A stretch of 64,000 bases of DNA. It comes from Dehalococcoidia bacterium (GTDB lineage Bacteria > Chloroflexota > Dehalococcoidia > Bin125). Of the stretch, positions 1 through 9,377 are shown piece by piece. Below the pieces are notes generated by a model. That model did no database searches and had not been told where the DNA came from. It saw nothing but the letters and a program-made list of their open reading frames with translations. The stretch spans positions 64,001 through 128,000 of the forward strand of contig CAXXNO010000012.1 of the NCBI GenBank assembly GCA_963663235.2, given 5' to 3'. A program made the position numbers and the translations under genes. The first letter of the stretch is position 1. Every line of letters starts with the position of its first letter.

Positions 1-1340
1 CAGTTGCCGACCAACAGTCCCTCCACGTCGTAGTCAAAGCGGCCGCCCACCGGGTCAGCGGTCCGCAAACTCTTGGCGACGAGCTGCTCGCGGATCGCGT
101 CCGAGAAGTAGGGGAACGAGTTGGGCGCGTGAATCTTCCACGGCTCCGCCTGGTAGCGCTCGGGCACCAGCAAGCCGGCCAGAGTCACCGTGGTGTCCAC
201 CACGTTGTAGTCCACGTTGCCCTGGAAGGTGCCGATTTGCTCGCCGGCCGACACCGTAACGGCCGCACTCGTGAACCCTCCCGCCGCCGGCGCGACCGCG
301 GACAGGGTGGGCGAGAGCTGGCCAACGTGGATGAAGATGCTGGAGATCCCACAGGTATGTTCAATGACCAGCCGATAGTCATCGATTGGCGCGCGCGGCT
401 GATCGGAGATTGATTGGTCCATGTGCTGGATCTCGGTCACTGTCCCGGCGGCTGGGCTGTACACCGCGATCACCCGCGCGGGGTCCTTGTAATTCTGGAA
501 ATACTGATGGTCCACCGGGGTTACGTGCGAGTCGGACATCAAGCCCAGTGGTACCACGAACTCGATCGCGTCCAGATCGACGGGCGGATGCTCGAACGTC
601 GGCCGTTCCTCGTCGCACGAGGCAGGACTGCTGCCGTCCGTCGTCGCGCCAGTGTTGCCGGCGCTATCGCAGGGGTCCGAGGCGGGGATCGACCAGTCGA
701 GGCTGGCGACGAGGTTGAGCCAGACGGCGTCGCCGAAGTTGAGCTGGGTGAGGTCGTTGAGCGCGTCGGGGAGGCGCGTGTCGAAGGTCTTGAAGCGCTG
801 CGCTTGGTTGTCGAAGGTCAGGGCCGCGGTGAAGGGCAACTGGACGATGGTTTGCACACCGAAGGCCTGGGGCGAGAAGGCGTCCCAGACGTTAGTGGCG
901 TTGGGGCCGGTCCAGGTGGCGAGGTTCCAGCCCGTGGCCATGGGGGCGAGACGGCCGGCTTGGGGCGCGGTGGGCAGGGTGATGGACGATGGGCCGTCAT
1001 CGAGGTAGATCCAGACGGCCGCACCGGCGTCGACGGCGGTGAGGGTATTGAAGGAGGGAGGCAGGTCGGGTCGCCAAGTGCCGTACTGCTGCGCGTCCGC
1101 GTCCCAGCCGAAGACGGCGGATGCCCCGGGGGCGACGGCGGCGGGCGTCGCCGGGTTGAGGACGCCGACGAGGTTGAAGCCCGTGGCGAGCGGCACAGTG
1201 AGCGAGTCGCAGTTGGCGGGGCCGGTCTGCGCCTGGGCACCGGGGTGTGGGGTGAGGGCGAAGACGGCGGCGAGCAGAGCCGTGAGGGCGGCGACGGCGA
1301 GGACAGTTGCGAGGCGATGATGGGCGAAGACGGCGGGCAT
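1..1340 (-). CDS. Secreted protein (partial, runs off left edge): signal peptide, two tandem 'GF/WNL..W' surface modules, C-terminal M23-like/unknown domain
   Basis: Not in the ORF track. Manual translation from ATG 1340 (GAGGAAG RBS) gives MPAVFAHHRLATVLAVAALTALLAAVFALTPHPGAQAQ..., and the same frame is open at the window edge (...GGRFDYDVEGLLVGN). Confidence 0.8.
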   Translation of the reverse strand, partial: MPAVFAHHRLATVLAVAALTALLAAVFALTPHPGAQAQTGPANCDSLTVPLATGFNLVGVLNPATPAAVAPGASAVFGWDADAQQYGTWRPDLPPSFNTLTAVDAGAAVWIYLDDGPSSITLPTAPQAGRLAPMATGWNLATWTGPNATNVWDAFSPQAFGVQTIVQLPFTAALTFDNQAQRFKTFDTRLPDALNDLTQLNFGDAVWLNLVASLDWSIPASDPCDSAGNTGATTDGSSPASCDEERPTFEHPPVDLDAIEFVVPLGLMSDSHVTPVDHQYFQNYKDPARVIAVYSPAAGTVTEIQHMDQSISDQPRAPIDDYRLVIEHTCGISSIFIHVGQLSPTLSAVAPAAGGFTSAAVTVSAGEQIGTFQGNVDYNVVDTTVTLAGLLVPERYQAEPWKIHAPNSFPYFSDAIREQLVAKSLRTADPVGGRFDYDVEGLLVGN

Positions 1341-1575
1341 TGGCTTCCTCTGGAGGTTGCTTCGGAATGGTGCTGAGAGAACGACGAAGCCTATCGATCG
1401 ATCATCGGCGGGGAGTGGGCGTAGTTGCACCGCGAAGGTGAGAGGACAAATGAGACGGGGCGGCAGGCGGCGTTACCTGGCGCTGCGGGACAATCTCTGT
1501 TGTCGCCTTGGTCCCATCTGGTGGGGAGACAAGTTGCGTTGCCTGGGCTACGGATTAGGGCGCGTTGGAGCGCCC

Positions 1576-1646
1576 TGACCTGCCCCCCAAGAACTGATTC
1601 GGGACGAATGCGAGGACGCGCCTTGGTCGGAGAGGGGAGCAGGTCA
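1576..1646. mobile_element. 71-bp miniature IS remnant (IS3-family-like ends, no transposase)
   Basis: Ends TGACCTGCCCCCC and GGGGAGCAGGTCA form a 13-bp inverted repeat with 1 mismatch; TG...CA termini. Confidence 0.55.
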
Positions 1647-1930
1647 GCCTAGCCGGGCTGGTCGGCCACAAGCAAACGTGCAGCCGGACTGTACGACGCA
1701 TACGCGTCGGCCGCCTTCGCCGCGTCGTACTTCACCGAGTAGCGTCGCACCATCGCGGAGGACGAGGGGCCCAACGGGTCGTGGGAGGGCAAAGCTCGGC
1801 CGAGCCCAATGGATGGATGAGTCGGCGATGACGGGGAACACTATCTCGCGATAGTGCGCGGCCGCCAGGCCTAGACGGCGTTAGAATCTCCGCGTTTCCG
1901 GCCGCGTACCAGCGCCGACTCTGGTTCGCA

Positions 1931-2035
1931 TCACGAGTCCACCCGCGTAATCACGGCGACGTCTGCCACCTTGTCGTGCCAGGTCCGGCGTTCGGGGTCC
2001 CATAGCATCCAGAGATAGTCCAGCAGCAGGCAGGC
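1931..2035 (-). pseudogene. C-terminal fragment of RDD family membrane protein
   Basis: Reads LLLDYLWMLWDPERRTWHDKVADVAVITRVDS*, containing the RDD 'W.LWD...TWHDK.A' motif; no N-terminus. Confidence 0.65.
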
Positions 2036-2079
2036 GGCGCTGCGGAGGCATGGTGCGACTGACCTATTGCGGGAGGGTC

Positions 2080-2283
2080 ACACGACCCGTCTGCGTGGCC
2101 GACCCCGTGCTTCTCTGGCACGGCAGCCGCGAAGTGCACGTCCCGATTCGGATCGGGCGCGCTGTGGCCGCGGCCCTTCCCCACTGCGAAGCCCACTTCC
2201 TCCCGAAGGAAGGGCACAACTCGATCGCTCTGCGGCGCCTGCCGGAGATTCTGCGGGCGCTCGTGTCGGGCTCGAACCCGTGA
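2080..2283 (+). pseudogene. C-terminal fragment of alpha/beta hydrolase
   Basis: PVLLWHGS..VHVP...AAALPHCEAHFLPKEGH; the nucleophile region is absent. Confidence 0.65.
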
Positions 2284-2394
2284 CCTTCTCCGTGGGAAGC
2301 AGGCGCTTAGCCGGCCGCGCTGGTCTCGGTTGCGAGTAAGCGGGCGGCGGGGCTAAAGGCGGCGTGCGCGGCGGTCGCCTGCTACCCCGCAGGC

Positions 2395-2490
2395 GGCACA
2401 TCGCGTGCGACTGATATCGCGGGCCGCCTCGACGATCCGGGCCAAGGTCTGCTCGATCTCAAGCCCCTCGCCGATGGCGAGGGCGCTGGC
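2395..2490 (-). pseudogene. Fragment of GAF-domain sensor kinase (DevS/DosT-like N-terminus)
   Basis: ALAIGEGLEIEQTLARIVEAARDISRTRCA resembles a GAF entry helix; no start codon or continuation. Confidence 0.5.
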
Positions 2491-2716
2491 ACGGCGCGAT
2501 TCTTCCCCTGCCGCTCAGCGCCGGGCCCGCTCCCACGCTGCTGCTCCGCCACCAGCCCCGGTCGTTCTTCGTCGAGAGGCGAACGGCTCTCTCTGGGGCC
2601 GGAGCGAGCGTCACATCTGGCGGGTTAAGCAGTCTATCAGACAGTGACGCGTGGGCACGGCCACGGGCCGACCGGAGCCTCGCAGGCTACCCGGCGGCGG
2701 GTGAGTACGTCGTGAG

Positions 2717-3841
2717 ATGAGCGGTGACCGTATGGAGACTGAGGATATCTCCGGGCCGGAGGACGTGGCCCGAGCCTTGATTCAGGAGGCGACATGCCTG
2801 CGTGCGCTGACTGCGCGTGGGGACGTGCCGGCATCCTTGCAACAGGCCAGCTCGCTTCTCGGCGGCGTCATGGAGACTGCGGCGCGGCAGCGCGACTTCT
2901 GCGAGACGCTAGCGGCCTTGGGCGCCATGACGTCCAATCAAGATGGTTGGGACGCGGCCGCGCGGCACCTGTACCAGCGGATCCTCCTACCAGGACATCC
3001 GGCGTTCTGGAGCGCCGTGTTGCGCGCCGTCGCGCGCCGAGCGCCTCCCACCGCAGCGCTGTTACTGGAGTGCGCCGCTCAAAGCGAGACGGACAGGCTA
3101 GCCGTCGAGTTAGTCGCCACGGGCAGTTCCGCCACTACGGCACCATCCGCGAGGACGACAATGCTGCAAGTGGCAATGCCCATACCGAAGTCTGAGCGGA
3201 TCGCCGCGTACAACGCCAACGTGAAGCCAGTGTTCCGAGATCTGCATGGTGGAATCCGAGAGTGCCAGGGGGAGTCGCCGCCGGATCCGGACACATCAGT
3301 CTACGAGTTGGACGTCCGTGTCCGGCGAACGGCGAACGGCCAGCAGCCGATCCGTGAGATGACTCAAGTCGCGCTCGGTGGCCGTTACGATACGGTCTTT
3401 CGTCGGCTCGTCGTCCCCGTCTTGGACCGCCTCGTCCTGACCGCAACACAACAGTACAAGAGCAGCTCAGCGGCGTCCGTCTCCCAGGATTCAGCACGGG
3501 AAGCCGCCGACACACAGACCAGCGAGATCGTGCGCGGCTGGGCCGCTCACGTGTTTCACCAGCATGCCCCGCCGGCGTCTGCCGATCCGGCCATGCAAGC
3601 GCGCTGGAAGCGTGTCTTCGGCGACCGCTGTTGCGCGGCCGACTCCTTCATCGACGACAACGGTCGCGTGCGATCGGGTGCGGAGTACTGGACGCACGAG
3701 GCGGCGAAGCTCCTCGATAGGCCGCAGTGCTCGGAGCAGAGCGTCGCAGCCGGGCCCGCCGTTAGATCAGGCCAATCTCGCTGGGTTCAGGCCAGCCACC
3801 ATGGTACGCACCCCAGCCCATCACGACGCCCAACCCGTTAA
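2717..3841 (+). CDS. Hypothetical protein (374 aa)
   Basis: Long ORF with protein-like composition; no family recognised. Confidence 0.5.
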   Translation: MSGDRMETEDISGPEDVARALIQEATCLRALTARGDVPASLQQASSLLGGVMETAARQRDFCETLAALGAMTSNQDGWDAAARHLYQRILLPGHPAFWSAVLRAVARRAPPTAALLLECAAQSETDRLAVELVATGSSATTAPSARTTMLQVAMPIPKSERIAAYNANVKPVFRDLHGGIRECQGESPPDPDTSVYELDVRVRRTANGQQPIREMTQVALGGRYDTVFRRLVVPVLDRLVLTATQQYKSSSAASVSQDSAREAADTQTSEIVRGWAAHVFHQHAPPASADPAMQARWKRVFGDRCCAADSFIDDNGRVRSGAEYWTHEAAKLLDRPQCSEQSVAAGPAVRSGQSRWVQASHHGTHPSPSRRPTR

Positions 3842-3966
3842 CCAAAGACGCACCAGCAAACGCGAAGAGGGTGATCCGGGGCCAGATCGGCGTTGCGAGC
3901 TGGCCGGTCGCCGGGCGATAGGCAGTCTTGTCCCAGGGCGATCGCGAACACGCGCCGCCGCATCCG

Positions 3967-4758
3967 TCAAACTACTCCGCGCGCAAGATAGACCCGCACT
4001 CTCATGGGAACCGTGCCATCCGGCTGCACAACGGCGGAATCAGCGCGATGCTCAGCCATCACGGCCTGTCGCGTCTCGGCATCGACCGCGCTGAGCCGTG
4101 CCAGGAACGCGAAGGCGCGACACATCTCCCACCAAACCTCGAAGCTGGGAAAGATGACATCCAAGGTGTGCTCTTCGATTTCCACCTCGTGGAGATCGGC
4201 CCGCAGCATCGATTGTGCGATCTCGGACGGCTCGTCGCCGAACGGACGGTGCAGGAGCGCCACCTCATGGCGCTCCATGAGAGCCTGCAGGTGGTCACCC
4301 GCCGGGGCGAGGAAGTTCTGCGCCCAGAGCGTCGCTGCCACCACGCCGCCACCGCGCACCACCCTGGCAGCCTCCCGAAACAGACGGACCGGCTCCTGGA
4401 TGTAGGGCAGGCCGAATCCGCAGAGCGCCACGTCCATACTGCCTTCCGGCAGGTCCAGAGCCGTGGCGTCGTCGCGGACGAAGCGAACTGCGGCCTCTCG
4501 CTCCCCTACCACAGACCGAGCGATTTGCAGCTGTCGCTCCGCCACGTCGACGCCGACCACAGAACCATCTACCCCGACGGTGCCCGCGGCGGGCAGCGCT
4601 ACCGTCCCCGGTCCAGTGGCCAGGTCAAGTACGGCCTGCCCGGGGCGAAGACCACTACGTTCCACGAGTAGCTGGGCGAAATGGGGCAAGAAGGCCGCGC
4701 CTGTGCGGCCGTACGCCGTGTCGGCATCATTGAACGCACGGGCGAACAACTCGCTCAC
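3967..4758 (-). CDS. Class I SAM-dependent methyltransferase (UbiE-like)
   Basis: VLDLATGPG motif I, VVGVDVA, DDATALDLPEGSMDVALCGFGL. Start (GTG) inferred. Confidence 0.85.
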   Translation of the reverse strand: MSELFARAFNDADTAYGRTGAAFLPHFAQLLVERSGLRPGQAVLDLATGPGTVALPAAGTVGVDGSVVGVDVAERQLQIARSVVGEREAAVRFVRDDATALDLPEGSMDVALCGFGLPYIQEPVRLFREAARVVRGGGVVAATLWAQNFLAPAGDHLQALMERHEVALLHRPFGDEPSEIAQSMLRADLHEVEIEEHTLDVIFPSFEVWWEMCRAFAFLARLSAVDAETRQAVMAEHRADSAVVQPDGTVPMRVRVYLARGVV

Positions 4759-4818
4759 GGACTGGTTCAGAATCGTCTGCCACCCTTCGAATGTGAGCCT
4801 CAGTGTAGTCTCCACCGC

Positions 4819-5544
4819 ATGTCGTCGATCGCGCCGCGCCTCCTGCTTGTGATCGCGCATCGGGGATCCACCAGCGCGATACTGGAGAACACGCTGCGCG
4901 GCATCGGCCGAGCTCTTGCCGTCGGCGTGGACGCCATCGAGGTGGATGTGCGCCTGAGCGCCGACGGCGTGCCCGTCCTCCTGCACGATCCCACCCTAGA
5001 CCGCACGACCGACGGGCGCGGCCCCGTCAGCGCCCAGCCGGTCGCGGCGCTGCGACGGCTTGCGGCCGGTGGTGACGAACCGGTCCCGACACTCGCGGAG
5101 GCGCTGACGACGATAGGGAATCGGACCGACCTAATCATCGAGCTAAAGGGGGGCGGCCCTGGTGGGATCCGCCTCGCAGACCGAGTGGTGACGGAAGTGC
5201 GCCGCCAGGATCGCAGCCGGGACGTTTGGCTTTGGTCCTTCGATAGCGACATCCTGGCGCGACTGGACATCGTGGCGCGCGACCTGCGGATCGTGCATCT
5301 CTGCTACGAGCCAAACGCGGAGGTCGTGAACCGGTCGCGCGCCCTGCGCCTGGCCGGGATCGCCATGCAGTACGAGCACGCGTCGCCGCCGACGGTCGCG
5401 GCTCTTCACGACGAAGGGTTCGCGACGTTCGTCTGGACCGTGAACGATCCGGTGGACCTGGCGCGCCTCGTGCGGCTGCCGCTCATGGGCATTGTGAGCG
5501 ACGACCCAGAACGGGTGCGGACCGCGATCAGGTCACGACGCTGA
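4819..5544 (+). CDS. Glycerophosphodiester phosphodiesterase
   Basis: IAHRG...ENTL, IEVDVRLSADG..VLLHD..LDRTT, WTVND motifs. Confidence 0.92.
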   Translation: MSSIAPRLLLVIAHRGSTSAILENTLRGIGRALAVGVDAIEVDVRLSADGVPVLLHDPTLDRTTDGRGPVSAQPVAALRRLAAGGDEPVPTLAEALTTIGNRTDLIIELKGGGPGGIRLADRVVTEVRRQDRSRDVWLWSFDSDILARLDIVARDLRIVHLCYEPNAEVVNRSRALRLAGIAMQYEHASPPTVAALHDEGFATFVWTVNDPVDLARLVRLPLMGIVSDDPERVRTAIRSRR

Positions 5545-5594
5545 AGGTTTGCCGCGGCAACGGGCGGATTGATATACTGCGCCAGCGTGCGCGG

Positions 5595-5671
5595 AGGAGT
5601 GTAGCTCAGTCTGGGAGAGCAGCGGTCTCCAAAACCGCAGGTCGTGGGTTCGAATCCCTCCACTCCTGCCA
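5595..5671 (+). tRNA. tRNA-Trp(CCA)
   Basis: Acceptor AGGAGTG/CACTCCT, anticodon arm GCGGT-CTCCAAA-ACCGC, GTTCGAATC T-loop, encoded CCA. Confidence 0.95.
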
Positions 5672-5695
5672 GAGACCGCGCAAACGCTGGACAAC

Positions 5696-5783
5696 GCCGA
5701 GGTGGTGGAACTGGTAGACACGCAGCGTTGAGGGCGCTGTGCTCGTTACGAGCGTAGGAGTTCGAGTCTCCTCCTCGGCACCA
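5696..5783 (+). tRNA. tRNA-Leu(GAG)
   Basis: Anticodon arm CAGCG-TTGAGGG-CGCTG, long variable arm, CCA end. Confidence 0.95.
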
Positions 5784-5802
5784 TCCGGCGACGCGGCTAC
5801 GA

Positions 5803-5877
5803 GCGGAAGTGGCGCAGTGGTAGCGCGTCTCCTTGCCAAGGAGAAGGTCGCGGGTTCAAATCCCGTCTTCCGCTCCA
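5803..5877 (+). tRNA. tRNA-Gly(GCC)
   Basis: GCGGAAG/CTTCCGC acceptor, TCTCC-TTGCCAA-GGAGA anticodon arm, CCA end. Confidence 0.95.
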
Positions 5878-5899
5878 AGACCTTCCAATCCCCTGCTCG

Positions 5900-5973
<74 letters not shown>

Positions 5974-6142
5974 ACCCACTCCCCAACCAGTGAACGGCGA
6001 TCTGGCCTACAGCCAGAAAGTCGCCGGTCGCGTTCCCGAGCTCAAGGAGTGACGGAACTGATTCACGCCAAGCGCGACTGACGGCCGCCGTCCGCGGGTT
6101 TCGGCGGGCGGCTACAATCGAGTTACCGCAACGCCAGCGCGC

Positions 6143-6811
6143 TTGCATGAGGGGCGCATGGGACACCGCATCCTCCGAACGAGTGTGATCCTGCGGGCGC
6201 CGAAGCGGATCACAGTGCAACCGGATCCGAAGGAGCTCGCCAAGGTCCTGCACGAACCAACCGTGACCCGCGCGCTGGAGCCGCCTGAGTTCCGGCTCAC
6301 CGCCATGCGCGACCAGATCGTTGTCGAAGCCAGTGGTGACTGTCTCACGATCACCGACTACAGCGGCCGGACACCGGCCGAAGCTGAGTTCGTGTCCGCG
6401 ACCGAGCGGATTCTGAAGGCGGTCGCCGCCTCGGGCTCGGAGCGGTACCGGTCGTACGGCTTCCGCTTCGTAGCCGAGTTGCACGACGAGCACACGCACC
6501 CGATCGCCGTCCGGATCGCGCAAGGCACGCTCGCCCGCGAAGCGCTACGCACGGCCCTTGAGGGGGAGGTCCTGGCGGCCGAGGTAGTGCTGACCACCTT
6601 CGACGAGCGTGCGCGCCGCTACACCCTCTCGTTGGCGCCGCGGGGCGGGAGCCTCGGCACGCATCTGCTGCATGCCGACTTGTGGCTGCATATCGAAGAG
6701 CCGGTGCACGTGCCCATCGACAGGGACCGGCTGGCCGAACCGCTGGAGCAGGGCCACCCGCGATTGGATCGGTGGGCCCGCGGTGCGGCAGGGTTGTCGT
6801 GGGAGGGGTAG
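6143..6811 (+). CDS. Hypothetical protein
   Basis: 222-aa ORF with an alternating beta/alpha pattern that fills the gap after the tRNAs. Start may be the ATG at 6158. Confidence 0.65.
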   Translation: MHEGRMGHRILRTSVILRAPKRITVQPDPKELAKVLHEPTVTRALEPPEFRLTAMRDQIVVEASGDCLTITDYSGRTPAEAEFVSATERILKAVAASGSERYRSYGFRFVAELHDEHTHPIAVRIAQGTLAREALRTALEGEVLAAEVVLTTFDERARRYTLSLAPRGGSLGTHLLHADLWLHIEEPVHVPIDRDRLAEPLEQGHPRLDRWARGAAGLSWEG

Positions 6812-6854
6812 CGCCGTCCCGCGGCGCGACCGCTGTGTGAGGGAGAAGAGCCCG

Positions 6855-7517
6855 ATGACGGATCAGGCGGGGTGGAACGAGCAACTGGCAGCGATCACGC
6901 TGGATCACGAGCCGATGTTCCCGACCGCGCTCATGGGGCGAGAAGAGCGAATGATCCAGGAGATAGCAGCCGCCGGTACCGCGAACGGCCTAAACGTAGG
7001 CGATCGAGCGCCCGACCTTACGCTGGTGAACGGCGCGGGTGGCGTCTTCAAGCTCTCCGGGGCGCTCCGTCGCGGGCCTGTCGTCCTGAACTTCTACCGG
7101 GGGCAGTGGTGCGTCTACTGCAACTTCGAGCTTCGGCACCTGCTGCGGATCCAACCGCACGTACGGGAGTTGTCCGGAGAGATCGTGATGCTCTCCACCG
7201 AGCCGCTGGAGAGGGCGGAGGAATTCGCGGCAGAGGACCCCACCCACACCCCGATCCTCCGCGACGCCGACGGCACCGTCGTCAAGGCCTACAAGCTCAA
7301 CTACACGGTGCCAGACGACCTACGCTCATGGTGGCTTCAATACGACCAAGATCTCCCCGAGCTCAACCCGACCACTGGCTGGGATCTCCCGGTGCCGGGA
7401 ACGTTCGTGGTCGACCGGGGCGGCGTCATTCGGGCCCGCCACGCCGATATGGATTGGCGCAAGCGCATGGACCCTGCCGACGTGCTCGCAGCGGTCCGCG
7501 AGATCGCCCGCGCGTAG
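6855..7517 (+). CDS. Peroxiredoxin-like (AhpC/TSA) family protein
   Basis: GDRAPDLTL, PVVLNFYRGQWCVYCN, WDLPVPGTFVVDRGG. Confidence 0.9.
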   Translation: MTDQAGWNEQLAAITLDHEPMFPTALMGREERMIQEIAAAGTANGLNVGDRAPDLTLVNGAGGVFKLSGALRRGPVVLNFYRGQWCVYCNFELRHLLRIQPHVRELSGEIVMLSTEPLERAEEFAAEDPTHTPILRDADGTVVKAYKLNYTVPDDLRSWWLQYDQDLPELNPTTGWDLPVPGTFVVDRGGVIRARHADMDWRKRMDPADVLAAVREIARA

Positions 7518-7579
7518 ACAGCCGCCGCAAGCCCTCGATTTCGCTCGCATCATCGAGCGACCGCAGGACGGAGGGCCAA

Positions 7580-7795
7580 GTGGGGGCGATCTTGGTGGTC
7601 TCGAACCTGGCGAGGTGGTTCGGGGGAAATTACGCCGTCGACCACGCTTCCTTCACGGTCGAGGCGGGAAGCATCACCGGTTTAATCGGCCCCAACGGCG
7701 CCGGTAAGACATCCTGCTTCAACTGCATCAGTGGAGTTCTGGGCCTCGATCGGGGCTCGAGTGTCTTCGACGGCGGGCCGACTCACGGCGGATGA
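7580..7795 (+). pseudogene. Truncated branched-chain amino acid ABC ATPase (LivG-like N-terminus)
   Basis: FGGNYAVDHASFTVEAGSITGLIGPNGAGKTSCFNCISG, then a stop after about 71 aa; no signature motif or Walker B. Confidence 0.8.
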
Positions 7796-7917
7796 GCCGT
7801 GGGGCCAGTTGGGTGCGCCTGAGCAGCGGCAGGTTGAACGACGCGCCGGATTCCGTCGCGCCGCGATGCACCTCTCCCCGCCATCCGCGTGTACGATCGG
7901 GCCGAAAGAAGCGAGCT

Positions 7918-8004
7918 GCCGGGATGGCGGAATCGGTAGACGCGGCGGACTTAAAATTCGCTGGCCGCGAGGCCGTGTGGGTTCGAGTCCCGCTCCCGGC
8001 ACCA
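7918..8004 (+). tRNA. tRNA-Leu(TAA)
   Basis: GCCGGGA/TCCCGGC acceptor, GCGGA-CTTAAAA-TTCGC anticodon arm, variable arm, CCA end. Confidence 0.95.
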
Positions 8005-8093
8005 ACGCTTCCGTTTGGGGACAGGCTGTGCAGTTGCTCGGCTGAGGCGTGCTAACGTTCCCGTCTCGTTCGCGGCTTCTCGTTGGAGGACAG

Positions 8094-8561
8094 GTGGCCA
8101 CACTCGAGGAACGGATACAGCGACTCGAGGACATCAAGGAGATCCAGGCGCTCAAGATTGCGTACGCGCGAGCCGCCGACGACCGCTACAACGCCGACCG
8201 CCTCGCTGCCCTATTCACTGAAGACGCGGTCTGGGATGGCGGCGAGAAATTCGGCATGCACCGGGGCCGCCAGGCGATCCACGATTTCTTCGCCCCCATC
8301 TCCGAGGCGTTCACGTTCGCCCTGCACTACTACATGGGTCCAACCATCGACATCGCGCCATCCGGCGTGGCGGCGACCGGCCACTGGTATATGTGGTTCC
8401 CCGCGACGATCAGCGAGCGCGCCATCTTTGGCGCTGCGACCTATGATGAGCAGTACCGCAAGGTCGACGGGCGCTGGTATTTCTCCCACTTGAAGCTCAC
8501 CCTCCACTTCTTCACCCCATACGAATCCGGGTGGGTGAAAGAGCGCTTCCTCGTTCAGTAG
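8094..8561 (+). CDS. NTF2/SnoaL-like family protein (LinA/BaiE-like)
   Basis: LEERIQRLEDIKEIQAL..YARAAD, LFTEDAVWDGG, YDEQYRKVDGRW; GGAGGA RBS. Confidence 0.88.
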   Translation: MATLEERIQRLEDIKEIQALKIAYARAADDRYNADRLAALFTEDAVWDGGEKFGMHRGRQAIHDFFAPISEAFTFALHYYMGPTIDIAPSGVAATGHWYMWFPATISERAIFGAATYDEQYRKVDGRWYFSHLKLTLHFFTPYESGWVKERFLVQ

Positions 8562-8632
8562 CCCGCCGCCACACACCGCTCGCGGGCACGCCGGAACGAT
8601 GCAGCCGTCGGCGCCGAGCGGGCGACACACGT

Positions 8633-9310
8633 TCAGACCCGACGCGGCGCACGGCTCAACTCGCGAGCGCGCGCGAAGACGGCATCGAACATTTCACGGG
8701 TGAGCTTGCCCGTGAAGGTATTCTGTTGACTCGGATGGTACGAGCACACAAGCGCGTGCGAATCGGGCAGCGGCGCCTCTACCCCGTGTCCGAAAGTAGG
8801 CCTGGGGTGCACGCCCGCCAGCGTCGCGACAGCCTGGCAGGCGAAGGCCCCCATTGCCACGATCACGCGCAGCCGGCTGAGCAACTGCAGCTCTCGCGCC
8901 AGATACGGCAGACAAGTGTCCCGCTCTTGCGGAGTCGGCCGGTTCCCCGGCGGCGCGCAGCGCACGACGGCCGTCACGTACGCCCCCCGCAGCCGCAATC
9001 CGTCATCGCGTCGCTCACTCGTAGGTTGGTTCGCAAAGCCCGCCCGGTGCAAGGCGGTGAAGAGCCAATCGCCGGAGCGGTCGCCAGTAAAGAGTCGCCC
9101 CGTGCGGTTCGCGCCATGCGCCGCCGGCGCCAAACCGACGACGAGGAGCGTCGCTCGAGGGTCGCCGAACCCCGGCAGCGGCCGTCCCCAATAATCCCAG
9201 TCTCTGAACGCGGCGCGCTTCTCCATAGCGACCTGCCGCCGCCAGCGAACGAGCCGCGGGCAGGCCTCACAGCGGACCACTTCCTGATCGAGCGCCTCCA
9301 GGGAGTCCAC
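8633..9310 (-). CDS. udgB: Uracil-DNA glycosylase family 5
   Basis: C..CPRLV.WR, YWGRP.PGFGD, GLAPAAHGANRTGR.FTGD, YHPSQQNTFTG. Confidence 0.92.
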   Translation of the reverse strand: MDSLEALDQEVVRCEACPRLVRWRRQVAMEKRAAFRDWDYWGRPLPGFGDPRATLLVVGLAPAAHGANRTGRLFTGDRSGDWLFTALHRAGFANQPTSERRDDGLRLRGAYVTAVVRCAPPGNRPTPQERDTCLPYLARELQLLSRLRVIVAMGAFACQAVATLAGVHPRPTFGHGVEAPLPDSHALVCSYHPSQQNTFTGKLTREMFDAVFARARELSRAPRRV

Positions 9311-9377
9311 GCGGCCAGAGTACGGCACGCTGGTCCACAGCCCGGACTGCAGCACGAGGCTGCTACCGTAGCCGCGG

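Noticed and set aside
414-1376. 320-aa plus-strand ORF (and similar long antisense ORFs such as 19952-21646, 46098-47549, 50965-53442)
   Set aside because: These are antisense shadows of real genes, expected at this GC content.
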